From contig NC_092383.1 of NCBI RefSeq assembly GCF_030028105.1, positions 98,045,604 to 98,109,603 on the forward strand: DNA of 64,000 bases, written 5' to 3'. Origin of the DNA: Mobula birostris. Lineage: Eukaryota. The stretch's first letter is position 1; each line of letters starts with the position of its first letter. The notes below the pieces were generated by a model that saw only the letters and a list, made by a program, of their open reading frames with translations, had not been told where the DNA came from and did no database searches. Positions 25,550-37,905 of this stretch are shown piece after piece. Both the position numbers and the translations under genes were made by a program.

Positions 25550-26200
25550 TAGCTAGGTTTTAAAAAGCATAAATATGGATAGATTCCCAGGACCTGTCCA
25601 AGTATGCCCCAAGATATTGTGGGAGGCCAGGGAAGTGAGGGCCTTTGGAATGATATTGGTGTTGTCTTTTGCAGAGATGAGGATCTGAAATACAGGAGGG
25701 AGGCTAATTTGTGCCTTTTTCTCAGAAGGACTGCAGGGACGCACCTGGGAACTCTTAAGTCTGATGTCAGTACAGGGAATGTTACTTGAAGGAATTATTA
25801 GACTCGCACAAGGTGAGGACTGATTAGATGTGGTCAGCATGGCTTTGTGCCTGAGAAACCATGGCTCATAATTCTGATTGAAGTTTTTGAAGATGTCACC
25901 AGATGATTAACGAGGCTATTGAGATAGATGTTGTCTGCATGGACCTTAGCAATTGATGGCAAAGTGGACAGTGAAAACAATTATTGAGCTTGATCAGCTG
26001 GGGAAGTGGGCTGAAGAATCACGAATGGTGGTTAGTTTAGGGAAGTATAAAGTATTGCTTATTGGTAAGTCACACAGAGGCAGGACATACACATCAAATG
26101 GTCGGCTCTGGAGTGTGTTATGGAACTGAGCGAGCAAGGGACACAGGTCCATAGTTCCCATAATTCCCTGAAAGTGACAACACAGGTAGACAGGATGATG
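25550..26200 (+). mobile_element. Degraded CR1 RT fragment
   Basis: Remnants resembling the DKSPGPD, QHGFV and LIEVFE regions. Confidence 0.6.
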
Positions 26201-26224
26201 AACATTGAATAAGATGGAAATTGA

Positions 26225-26570
26225 GATTTATTTGTTATTAATCGCGTTTATTGAAACATACAGTGAAATGCACCATTTAGGTTAACAACCAACACAACAT
26301 GAGGATGTGCTGAGGGCAGCCCGCAAGTGTCGCCACAAGTTCTGGCGACAATATTGCATGCCCATAATGTCTTGTAGAACAACATGTAACCAACATAGAA
26401 CTGGGAAAAACAACAAAAAAAACCCTTTCCCAACCCCCACTCCCACACACAGACAGGTTTCCCTCCCCAGGGCAGACCACCTCGTGGCCTCTGACAGCCA
26501 GACTGTGTCCCCAGACTCTCAGACATGGAAACTCTGATCTTTGGGCTTCAACACCAGGACTCACCAATCA
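26225..26570 (-). mobile_element. LINE 3' tail / SINE-like repeat
   Basis: On the minus strand it has a LINE-tail layout ending tttcaataaa. No coding motif recognised. Confidence 0.4.
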
Positions 26571-27089
26571 AGAGCCGCTGACCTCAGGACTTGCTGAATG
26601 ACCTTGGACCTCCAATCCTGGGACTCACTGACCTCGGGAATCACTGGCCCTTGTTCTTGGGGATCACTAACCTCTAACCTCAGAGCAGCCCGAACTGATT
26701 GTCCAGTTCCTTCCCCTAACTCCTCGCTTTCTGCCCTTGACCTCTCACTCCCCTCACCAGGTCACTACTGCTAACCTAGCCTGAAACTTCCCACCCTGTC
26801 ACCATTAACTGTCCCTGCGAACCTAAACCACAAAGTGACAGGAGCATCACAACTCAGTGCCACCTTGTAAAAAATAATGAGAGCAGTCGTGATGTCATTT
26901 TACACCTGGACAAGTCATAGGTGAGACCTTTTCCGGCCATTACGCCACATCCTGGCTGTGAACCAGTGTTGAGGGTTGATTGCCTGAGGTGGGGTAGCAG
27001 TGAGAAGATGGACGCTGGGCACAAACTCAATTTTTCAATTAATAATAAACTACTGGATAAGTGGGTGTCAACAGGCCAATTTTAGACAG

Positions 27090-27600
27090 GGAAAGTTACA
27101 GACAAGGGGGATTATGGACTGGGGAAGTGGGTACAGACGGTTCGATTACTGATGGGGTTGTGGCTGCAGACGGGTCAATTGCGGATGGGGGAGTGGGTGC
27201 ACACAGGTCGATTACTGATGGGGTTGTGGGTGCAGATGGGTCTATTATGGATGGGGTTGTGGGTGCAGACAGGTTAATTACAAACGGGGGTTGTGGGTGC
27301 AGACAGGTTAATTACAAACGGGGGTTGTGGGTGCAGACAGTTCGATTACTGATGGGGTTGTGGCTGCAGACGGGTCGATTACAGACTGGGAAGTGTGTGA
27401 AGATGGGTTGATTACAAACGGAGGATGTGGGGGCATACGGGTCCATTACAAACGGGGAATGTTGGGGCAGGTAGGTCGATTATGGGCTAGGGAGTGTGTG
27501 CAGATGGGTCGATGAAAGACAGGGTTGTGGGTGCAGACAGGTTGATTATGGACAGAGGTGTGGGTACACATGGGATGATTACGGACAGGGGCGTTTGTAC
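27090..27600. repeat. G-rich minisatellite, ~33-bp unit (ggggttgtgggtgcagacgggtcgattactgat)
   Basis: About 15 diverged tandem units. Confidence 0.85.
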
Positions 27601-27799
27601 AGATGGAGCTCACAAACAAAGTCGATAAACTAATATCCAACACTTACAAAGTCCAGCAGGAATGTGCAGCCACATTGTTGTCCCATTAGTCCCACCACAA
27701 CCTTCAACTTCCCGACACAAATCCCACAAACCTTTCCACAACTTGAAAAACCTCGATTCCTATGATGAACACACACAATAGCACCAATACTAGCACACC

Positions 27800-28140
27800 A
27801 ACGTTCCTGCCAGTGGTGGTCTGATCAAGGACCCCACCTCACTCCTCACGGGCTTTACTACAGCTATCAGAAAATACTGGACAGCCGCAAATAGACTCAG
27901 AAGTCGACATGCCAAAACAGCGCAAATTCTGCACCCATGGGGCATTCGACAAACCCCAGCTTTCCCCTGTGGTGCCACGTCCCAGGACACACTCCACCTG
28001 GTCCCAACATGCCCTCTCAACAAAGTCCAAGACGGCTTTGCTGTGGTCCATTGAGTTGGAGGACTGGCTTGACAGAAACCAATTAGACGTGTGAAGAGAA
28101 AAACAGCTGCCATACGAAACAACATCAACAGCCACAACCA
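27800..28140 (+). mobile_element. Vingi/Ingi-like LINE 3' remnant
   Basis: Manual translation from 27803: TGFTTAIRKYWTAANRLRSRHAKTAQILHPWGIRQTPAFPCGATSQDTLHLVPTCP../LEDWLDRNQLDV*, then ccatacg and a CAA-rich tail. Confidence 0.6.
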
Positions 28141-28254
28141 CGGGACACAGTGAATCCCCAATATCTCCCTACCCACCCTCGGCTCCCCTCGAGGGTCAGT
28201 GCCATCCTTGTGCCTGAGCGAAGGGAGGTAGGGTCCATCCTAGACTGCGGGACG

Positions 28255-28365
28255 TTATCTACGGGCTGCTTCTTCTCCAGCCGATCCAGGGGGTGGTCTG
28301 GCACGGAACGTGACTGCAGCGTACACTGTGTGGGGAGTCTCGGGGTGAACCTCAGGATCAACAAA
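28255..28365 (-). CDS. CD2/SLAM-family receptor, last coding exon (ITSM 2)
   Basis: Acceptor tccttctgttgcag| is phase 0 and matches the upstream donor. Encodes FVDPEVHPETPHTVYAAVTFRARPPPGSAGEEAARR*, with ITSM TVYAAV. Confidence 0.8.
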   Translation of the reverse strand, partial: FVDPEVHPETPHTVYAAVTFRARPPPGSAGEEAARR

Positions 28366-28823
28366 CTGCAACAGAAGGAAAGCCTGTCAGTCTCACACCA
28401 GTTCAGGGTTACACAGAGAAGGACATGGAGGCAGGGACAAAGATAGAGAGGACTTCAAGGAGATGGAACACCCAGAGTTAGGAGACACGGGACTGGACAT
28501 ACGGAGAGATGGACAGGGCACATCGGGAGAAAAACAAATGCAGAGAAACACACAACGGGACACAGACTCAATAGTTCCAGTCACCCCCACATCACCAATC
28601 ACAAAGTCCAAACACCGACACTGACCCAACATCAACACAACTTTCTATCTGAACAAACTGCTGACCAGTACAAACATTACATCCCGGTCTGATCATCAGA
28701 AATTACACAGAACTGGACATTAATGCAGAAGATTGTGCAGATGCTGGAAATGCACATAGCCGGACACAAACTGCTGGACGATCTCTGCAGGTCAGGCAAC
28801 ATCCATGGAAATGAAAAAAAAAC

Positions 28824-28859
28824 AGTTGATGTTTCAGTCCGAGACCCTTCATCAGAACT
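28824..28859 (-). ncRNA. Penelope-type minimal hammerhead ribozyme, partly degenerate
   Basis: RC reads agtt CTGATGA agggtctcggact GAAAC ATC aact. Stem I (agtt/aact) is intact; the palindromic ACGU has become ACAU. Confidence 0.55.
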
Positions 28860-28869
28860 GAGCCATATA

Positions 28870-31320
28870 TGGGGTGGACGACAGTGCATCCCAGTGGCTG
28901 GGTGTGTGGGGACAGTGTACCCCAGTGACTGGGTATGTGGGGGGACAGTGTACTCCAGTGACTGTGTGGGGGGGACAGTGTACCCCAGTGACTGGGTATG
29001 TGGGGGGACAGTGTACTCCAGTGACTGTGTGGGGGGGACAGTGTACCCCAGTGACTAGATGGGAGGAAGTGTACCCCAGTGACTGGTCATGTTGGGGACA
29101 GTGTACACCAGTGACTGGGTGTGTGATGGGTACAGTGTACCCAGGTGACTGGGTGTGTGGGGTAGTGTACCCCAGTAACTGGGTGGGGGGACAGTGTACC
29201 CCAGTGACTGGTTTGGGGGGACAGTGTACCCCAGTAACCTGGTGTGGGGAGGACAGTGTACCCCAGTGACTGGGTGTGTGTGGGACAGGTTCCGACAGCG
29301 ACTGGATATGTGGGGGACAGTGTACCTCAGTGACTGGGTGTGTGGGGAGACAGTGCACCCCAGTGACTGGGCATGTGTGGGGGACAGTTCACTCCAGTGA
29401 CTGGGCCTGTGGGGGACAGTGCACCCCAGTGACTGGGTGTGGCAGACAGTGTGCCCCAGTGACTGGGTGTGTGGGGGGGACAGTGCACCCCCTGGTGACA
29501 GGGTGTGTGTGGGACAGTTTCCCACAGTGACTGGATGTGTGGAGACAGTGTATCCCAGTGACTGGGTGTGTGGGGAGACAGTGCACCGCAGTGACTGGAC
29601 ATGTGTGGGGGACAGTTCACTCCAGTGACTGGGCCTGTGGGGGACAGTGCACCCCAGTGACTGGGTGTGGCAGACAGTGTGCCCCAGTGACTGGGTGTGT
29701 GGGGGGGACAGTGCACCCCCTGGTGACAGGGTGTGTGTGGGACAGTTTCCCACAGTGACTGGATGTGTGGAGACAGTGTATCCCAGTGACTGGGTGTGTG
29801 GGGAGACAGTGCACCCCAGTGACTGGACATGTGTGGGGGACAGTTCACTCCAGTGACTGGGCCTGTGGGGGACAGTGCACCCCAGTGACTGGGTGTGTGA
29901 GGGGACAGTGTACCTCAGTGACTGGCTGTGGCAGACAGTGTGCCCCAGTGACTGGGTGTGTGGGGGGGACAGTGCACCCCCTGGTGACAGGGTGTGTGTG
30001 GGACAGTTTCCCACAGTGACTGGATGTGTGGAGACAGTGTATCCCAGTGACTGGGCATGTGTGGGGGACAGTTCACTCCAGTGACTGGGCCTGTGGGGGA
30101 CAGTGCACCCCAGTGACTGGGTGTGTGAGGGGACAGTGTACCTCAGTGACTGGCTGTGGCAGACAGTGTGCCCCAGTGACTGGGTGTGTGGGGGGGACAG
30201 TGCACCCCCTGGTGACAGGGTGTGTGTGGGACAGTTTCCCACAGTGACTGGATGTGTGGAGACAGTGTATCCCAGTGACTGGGCATGTGTGGGGGACAGT
30301 TCACTCCAGTGACTGGGCCTGTGGGGGACAGTGCACCCCAGTGACTGGGTGTGTGAGGGGACAGTGTACCTCAGTGACTGGCTGTGGCAGACAGTGTGCC
30401 CCAGTGACTGGGTGTGTGGGGGGGACAGTGCACCCCCTGGTGACAGGGTGTGTGTGGGACAGTTTCCCACAGTGACTGGATGTGTGGAGACAGTGTATCC
30501 CAGTGACTGGGTGTGTGGGGGGACAGTTCACCCTAGTGACTGGGCCTGTGGGGGACAGTGCACCCCAGTGACTGGGTGTGTGAGGGGACAGTGTATGCCA
30601 GTGACTGTGTGGGGGGGCAGTGTACCCCAGTGACTGGCTGTGGCAGACAGTGTGCCCCAGTAACTGGGTGTGGGGACAATGTACCCCAGTTACTGGGTGT
30701 GTGTGGGACAGTGTACCTCGGTGACTGGGTGAGTGGGGACAGTGTACTCCAGTAACTGGATGTGGGGGGAACAGTGCATCCCGATGACAGGGTGCATGTG
30801 GGGCAGTTTCCCACAGTGACTGGATGTATGGGGGACAGTGTACCTCAGTGACTGGGTGTGTGGGGGGATAGTGCACCCCAGTGACTGGGTGTGTGGGGGG
30901 ATAGTGCACCCCAGTGACTGGGTGTGTGGGACGACAGTGCCCGCTGCTGACTGGGTGTTTGGGGACAGTGCACCCCAGTGACTGGGTGTGTGAGGGGACA
31001 GTGTATGCCATTTACTGTGTGGGAGGGGACAGTGTACCTCAGTGACTGGCTGTGGCAGACAGTGTGCCCCAGTGACTGGGTGTGGGGGGGACAGTGCACC
31101 CCCTGGTGACAGGGTGTGTGTGGGACAGTTTCCCACAGTGACTGGATGGGTGGGGACAGTGTATTCCAGTGACTGTGTGTGCGTGGGAGACAGTGCACCC
31201 CAATGTATATGGGGGGGACAGTGTACCCCAGTGACTGGGTGTGTGGGGGACAATTCAGCCCAGTTACTGGGTGTGGGGTGTGGGGTACAGTGTATGCAAG
31301 TGACTGGGCGCATGAGGGGG
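28870..31320. repeat. Large minisatellite (~30-34-bp unit gacagtgtaccccagtgactgggtgtgtgggg) with a 228-bp higher-order repeat
   Basis: Continuous tandem array. Near-identical ORFs start every 228 bp (29419, 29647, 29875, 30103, 30331). Confidence 0.95.
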
Positions 31321-31496
31321 TTGATGTGCCCTGACAACTGGGCACGTGGGGGTGGGGTGGGGGTGGTGTTGGGCATGTGGAGTGATTGGTTGGTATGGCA
31401 CGGTGATGGGTGATGGTGATGCTGATGGTGGTGTCAGTGGCCTGAGTGATTCAGGCTGCCTGTTCCCTGTCTCTGGCTTATCATGTCTGCCATTAC

Positions 31497-31585
31497 CCTC
31501 TCGTTCCCCTTGGGGGGCTGCTGGCCAGTGCGACTCTTTGCATTCCACCGAATATTTGCGTAAACAGTGTTCTCCGCTGCCGGGT
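31497..31585 (-). CDS. CD2/SLAM-family receptor, cytoplasmic exon (ITSM 1)
   Basis: Acceptor ctttctgtcccgcag| (phase 1). Encodes DPAAENTVYANIRWNAKSRTGQQPPKGNER, then donor |gtaatg (phase 0). ITSM TVYANI. Confidence 0.82.
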
Positions 31586-31750
31586 CTGCGGGACAGAAAG
31601 TAGAGGTGAGAGGCTCCATACGGAAACCCTTCCCCACTGTACCTTATCTCACCCCTCCCTCCAATGTCATCATTTTCCTCGACCTACCCTGCCCCACCCA
31701 TTCTCCCTCCCTCCCCACAACCACCAGCCTCACGGATTGGATCCACTTGC

Positions 31751-31894
31751 CTTCAGTGCCTGAAGACGTTTCTTTTCCAGCAGCTCTTCTCCTCCACGTG
31801 ACCAAGAGAATCACAATGAGAGTGGAGACCAGGAGGGCCCCCACTATGGACAGTCCGATCACCAGGGTCAGTCTCGAGGACACAGGATCTGCAT
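31751..31894 (-). CDS. CD2/SLAM-family receptor, transmembrane exon
   Basis: Acceptor ctctctgcttcccag|. Encodes DADPVSSRLTLVIGLSIVGALLVSTLIVILLVTWRRRAAGKETSSGTE. Donor is AG|GCAAGT, with an alternative in-frame GT donor at 31687. Confidence 0.88.
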
Positions 31895-32149
31895 CTGGGA
31901 AGCAGAGAGGACTCTGTGATTAATCCCAACCTCACATTCCCAGAGACGCAGAACCAATGGATTCATTCCATCCCATCTCAGGCCCGATAATATTCTTTGT
32001 TTCCCAAACACTGTACATCAATCGCCTCCAATCACCCCATCTCATTCCGTTCTCCTATCCCCTCAATCCCCCGCCATTCCCCTCGCATCACTCCCCTCCA
32101 ACCCCTCCTACACTATGGTGCTCCCATGATACACAAAGAGAGATTTTAG

Positions 32150-33065
32150 ACTAATTTATTTTTCTTTTCAAATCTTCTTATTGTTATATTATACAAAAAA
32201 AATGAGTACATTGAAGTAACAACACTTACAATGTCTCAAAAAAGACATTATCTTAAAGACTGAAAAAAAATTGTGATAACAAAAAAAACCTACTAAGCAG
32301 AAAAAGTGGGGGAAAGAACCCATTAGGTGTTCAACCCCGGAGCCATGCCTCATATAAAAAGCTTCTAAAGATAAACATCAAACTGCCAGCAAGAAAAGAA
32401 AATATACCAAAAAAATTTACAATTAGATCGTGGAAAAAATCTATCAATTAGCTCAAATGATAATAACGAGCAAATAAGCCCCATCTTTTCTGAAAATCAA
32501 ACAAAGGTTCAAAGGTTCGACTTCTAATTTTCTCCAAACTAAGACATAGCATCACTTGAGAGAACCATTGTGACAAATTGGGAGCTGATGTATCCTTCAA
32601 CTTCAACAAAATGGCCCTCCTAGCTATCAATGTACCAAATGCAATAACATTTTGGTCAGACACAGAAATACCATGAATATTTTGAGGAATTATTCCAAAA
32701 AGCACAGTTAATTTATTAGGTTGCAGATAAATTTTAAGTGCTTTAGAAATTGTTGAAAAAACTGACTTCCAGAACTGTTCCAATAAAGAACAAGACCAAA
32801 ACATATGTGTCAGTGTAGCTATCTCAGTTTTACATCTATCACAATAATTATCAACATTAGAAAATATTTTAGAAAGTCTCTCTTTCGTCAAGTGATAACG
32901 ATGTACAATTTTAAATTGAATCAATGAATGGCTCGCGCAAATTGAAGAAGAGTTAACCAACTTCAAAATCCGCATCCAATCCTCCGTCATAAAAGTCAAA
33001 TTAAGGTTCTTTTCCCAATCCTGTTTAATCTTAGATAAAGGACCCTTGATCGAAGGGTTCATACT
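32150..33065 (-). mobile_element. 5'-truncated L1/Tx1-type LINE (ORF2 C-terminal Zn-binding domain plus A-rich tail)
   Basis: ORF 32448-33062: LIQFKIVHRYHLTKERLSKI..CDRC..LTHMFWSC. A-rich end near 32150. Confidence 0.85.
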
Positions 33066-33344
33066 CTAACAGGTCAGGATTTGTGACGGTGATTAAGGAA
33101 ATGGCCGGGGAATTACACAAATACTTGTCTGTATTCCCAAACAAAAGCACAAACTATCCCAGACACACTGAAGACCCAGTGGCCTATTGATGGTATTTGT
33201 AATGGAAACTCAAACACACCAATGCAGCTGTTCTGACCACATGGACAGTTATCTTGTCAGACACACCCTTCGATCAATCTGATAATAATGTTCCAGAAAG
33301 TCGAAGATATGTATTTGATCTTTTATTAGCAACTGACAAAATAT

Positions 33345-36070
33345 ACGAGGCAGAGGAATGAAAAGTGAGGGAGTAGCATTGCTTGTTAGGGAAAATATTA
33401 CAGCAGTGCTCAGGCAGGACAGATTAGAGCGCTTGTCTACTGAGTCCTTATGGGTGGAGCTGAGAAACAGGAAAGGTATGGCCACATTAGTGGGATTGTA
33501 TTACAGACCACCCAATAGTCAACGAGAATTGGAAGAGCAAATCTGCAGAGAGATAGCAGGCAACTGCAGGAAACATAAAGTTGTGGTGATAGGGGATTTT
33601 AATTTTCCATATATTGATTGGGACTCCCATACTGTTAGGGGTGTAGATGGTTTAGAGTTTGTAAAATGTGTTCAGAAAAGTTTTCTAAATCAATATATAG
33701 AGGGACCAACTAGAGCGGATGAAATATTGGATCTCCTGTTAGGAAACGAGTTAGGACAAGTGACGGAGGTCTATGTAGGGGAGCACTTTGGTTCCAGTGA
33801 TCATAACACCATTAGTTTCAACTTGATCATGGACAAGGATAGATCTGGTCCTAGGGTTGAGGTTCTGAACTGGAAGGCGGCCAAATTTGAAGAAATGAGA
33901 GAGGATCTGAAAAGCGTAGATTAGGACAGGTTGTTCTCTGGCAAAGATGTGATCGGTAGGTGGGAAGCCTTCAAAGGGGAAATCTTGAGAGTGCAGAGTT
34001 TGTATGTTCCTGTCAGGATTAAAGGTAAAGTGAATAGGAATAAGGAACCTTGGTTCTCAAGGGATATTGCAACTCTGATAAAGAAGAAGAGGGAGTTGTA
34101 TGACATGTATAGGAAACAGGGAGTAAATAAGGTGCTTGAGGAGTATAAGAAGTGCAAGAAAATATTTAAGAAGGAAATCAGGAGGGCTAAAAGAAGACAT
34201 GAGGTTGCCTTGGCAGTCAAAGTGAAGGATAATCCAAAGATCTTTTACAGGTATATTAAGAGCAAAAGGATTGTAAGGGATAAAATTGGTCCTCTTGAAG
34301 ATCAGAGTGGTCGGCTATGTGCAGAACCAAAGGAAATGGGGGAGATCTTAAGTAGGTGTTTTGCGTCTGTATTTACGAAGGAAACTGGCATGAAGTTTAT
34401 GGAATTAAGGGAAACAAGTAGTGAGATCATGGAAACTGTACAGATTGAAAAGGAGGAGGTGCTTGCTGTCTTGAGGTAAATTAAAGTGGATGAATCCCCA
34501 GGACCTGACAGGTGTTCCCTCGGACCTTGAAGGAGACTAGTGTTGAAATTGCAGGGGCCCTGGCAGAAATATTTAAAATGTCGCTGTCTACAGGTGAGGT
34601 GCCGGAGGATTGGAGAGTGGCTCATGTTGTTCCATTGTTTAAAAAAGGATTGAAAAGTAATCCGGGAAATTATAGGCCAGTAAGTTTAACGTCGGTAGTA
34701 GGTAAGTTATTGGAGGGAGTACTAAGAGACAGAATCTACAAACATTTGGATAGACTGGGACTTATTAGGGAGAATCAACATGGCTTTGTGCGTGGTAGGT
34801 CATGTTTGACCAATCTATTGGAGTTTTTCGAGGAGGTTACCAGGAAAGTGGATGAAGGGAAGGCAGTGGATATTGTCTACATGGACTTCAGTAAGGCCTT
34901 TGACAAGGTCCCTCATGGGAGGTTAGTTAGGAAAATTCAGTCGCTAGGTATACATGGAGAGGTGGTAAATTGGATTAGACATTGGCTCAATGGAAGAAGC
35001 CAAAGAGTGGTAGTAGAGAATTGCTTCTCTGAGTGGAGGCCTGTGACTAGTGGTGTGCCACAGAGATCAGTGCTGGGTCCATTGTTATTTGTCATCTATA
35101 TCAATGATCTGGATGATAATGTGGTAAATTGGATCAGCAAATTTGCTGATGATACAAAGATTGGAGGTGTAGTAGACAGTGAGGAAGGTTTTGAGAGCCT
35201 GCAGAGGGACTTGGACCAGCTGGAAAAATGGGCTGAAAAATGGCAGATGGAGTTTAACACAGACAAGTGTGAGGTATTGCACGTTGGAAGGACAGACCAA
35301 GGTAGAACATACAGGGTTAATGGTAAGGCACTGAGGAGTGCAGTAGAACAGAGGGATCTAGGAATACAGATACAAAATTCCTTAAAAGTGGTGTCACAGG
35401 TAGGTAGGGTCGTAAAGAGAGCTTTTGGTACATTGGCCTTTATTAATCGAAGTATTGAGTATAAGAGCTGGAATGTTATGATGAGGTTGTATAAGGCATT
35501 GGTGAGGCCGAATCTGGAGTATTGTGTTCAGTTTTGGTCACCAAATTACAGGAAGGATATAAATAAGGTTGAAAGAGTGCAGAGAAGGTTTACAAGGATG
35601 TTGCCGGGACTTGAGAAACTCAGTTACAGAGAAAGGTTGAATAGGTTAGGACTTTATTCCCTGGAGTGTAGAAGAATGAGGGGAGATTTGATAGAGGTAT
35701 ATAAAATTATGATGGGTATAGACAGAGTGAATGCAAGCAGGCTTTTTCCACTGAGGCAAGGGGAGAAAAGAAACAGAGGACATGGGTTAAGGGTGAGGGG
35801 GGAAAAGTTCAAAGGGATCATTAGGGAGGGCTTCTTCACACAGAGAGTGGTGGGAGTATGGAATGAGCTGCCAGGCGAGGTGGTAAATGCAGGTTCTTTT
35901 TTAACATTTAAGAATAAATTGGACAGATACATGGATGGGAGGTGTGTGGAGGGATATGGTGCGTGTGCAGGTCAGTGGGACTAGGCAGAAAATGGTTCGG
36001 CACAGCCAAGAAGGGCCAAAAGGCCTGTTTCTCTGCTGTACTTTTTCTGTGGTTTCTATGGTTTCTATAC
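33345..36070 (+). mobile_element. CR1 LINE with nearly complete ORF2 (APE+RT), two lesions
   Basis: ORFs 33358-33924 and 33931-34479 are in frame across a TAG. 34512-35984 follows after a stop/frameshift. Tail ggtttctatggtttctat. Confidence 0.95.
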
Positions 36071-36565
36071 AATCTTGGAGCAATGTAATTAAATGCAGTC
36101 CCCAGCTATAAACTGCCGACAACAAAGTCTGAACATATATCTAAACCCTTCATTTTCACCACACCCTCCCACGTGAATAGCTACCATGACAAACATAATA
36201 ACCGTGCAACACGGGCTACAATGCTGATTAAAATAGATGCCTGGTGTCTACAGTATTAATACAGATGGATAAATACCACGGTCACAACAATCTAATCACA
36301 GAGCTTGGGTGAGGGATCTGCTGGGGTACTGAATGACCTAGCTATCATCTTCCAAACATTTACAGGTTCTGGAACGGTTCCGCTGACTGGAAAGAATTTA
36401 ATGTCACTGTTTCAGAAAGGAGACAGACATAGAGAGAACAAACAGGGAACTACTGACCTGTTGGGTTGACTCTGGAAGTTGGCACAGTGGTGGAATCTGT
36501 GATAATGAATGTGATATCAGGATATTTAGAAAATATTTCCATGACTGGACAAAGATACTATGTTT

Positions 36566-37905
36566 TGTAACTTCAAAACATTAAATGAATTCTAAGAAAC
36601 TCATGGGAGTCAGAAAATACGGCTGTAACATCATATTTACTTTAAGTGAGGCACGCACGTATCATGTGGTAGCGTAAATGACATATAATCTGTAATTAAT
36701 TAAGTGAAGAAGAATGCTTAATCAAACTATATATATGTATATATAGCCCCCCCGGCCAGCCTCAGGGTCGCTCGGCTCGCTGTCGCCAAGGGAAACAACC
36801 CTCGGCCCCGCCAAACTGGATAATTCGTTTGTGTGGTTGCTGTGTGATGTACCCCACCCCACCCAAATAACAGACAATACACCAGATACGATTAAATGAT
36901 TTACAGTTTATAGATATTACTGGAACTATATAATCAATAGAGCATAAAATATAAAAGGAAAATAAAAGGTGCCACACTTATCAAAGTTCAATCATTTCGT
37001 GCACAAGCAGTTGGAGCTCAGGACCCTTCTTCTTCACCCTGCAATCCTTCGGACCACCTTGACCGGCCGCCTGGGACCAACAACGGTGGTCGACCAGATG
37101 CTCCACACGAGTCCGTCTCCATCTCCCCTCCTCGCCGAACACCCCGCTCAGGGTCTGACCCCGTTAGCGGACTCACAGCACCTGGTCCATCCTCTGTCTC
37201 TCTCTCCCGCCTTCTCCCCCAAAACCCCGCGCATACAAAAACTTCCAGATACACCAAAAATATAACAACCATTGCAATTAGTTCATAACACCTTATCAGT
37301 AACGTGATTCAACAAACTGCTAGCGGGAGGGACTTTCTCAGCATTTAACATAACAAAGAAGCATTCCCAAGTATAACATAACAAAGAAGCCATTTTAATT
37401 AGCCTACGCAGTAACATAAAAGACGAAATCCCCTTACATGTACAAACAGAAGATTACTCAAATATTACTGAAATATTAAATACACAGCACCCCTCCCTGT
37501 TCATCTATGAACTTCAACTCAAAAGAGAAGGCATTCCAACAATATTCTCAGTACATTATATAATACAACTACTATATGCAGACATTAGCAGAGTAAAGTT
37601 TACATTCTCTTATTCGGGCTTAAAGATTTACTTGCTGTGGAGGATTCGTTATTCTTGTGGGATAGTGTTTTTCCTGATGGGGGGGGGTCACTCTGCTTAA
37701 CAGGTGAGACTTGTGGCTGTGAAACAATCTCAGGCTCTGGGGCTCTGTCAGTGCTCATTGTGGGAGTGGACTCTGGGACTGCAGGGAGTGGTTCTGATAG
37801 CGGTAGCCAACTTTCTTCTCTAAATATTGACTCTGCTCTCCTCAAATGATCAATACGTCATCTCCAGATGATATCAGACTCAACTTCCATTTGTGTAGGA
37901 GAGTG
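36566..37905 (-). mobile_element. Gypsy 3' end (integrase C-terminus, PPT, LTR) with a second LTR-like insert at ~36745-37437
   Basis: Minus strand reads WR*RIDHLRRAES.. followed by a Pro/Ser-rich tail, PPT-like cagggaggggtgc and then tgtgtattt. The insert sits in a (TA)n tract and ends ccccttaca. Confidence 0.6.

Noticed and set aside
29520-30830. Repeated CACAGTG (RAG RSS heptamer) in the array of an Ig-superfamily gene
   Set aside because: There is no nonamer at 12 or 23 bp, and the V exon ends in a normal splice donor rather than an RSS.
28870-31320. CRISPR-like array of ~32-bp palindromic repeats
   Set aside because: There are no unique spacers and no cas genes, and the context is eukaryotic and intronic.
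28852-31413. Many long ORFs (up to 471 aa) on both strands
   Set aside because: They are by-products of a stop-poor minisatellite. The translations are periodic and have no domain signature.
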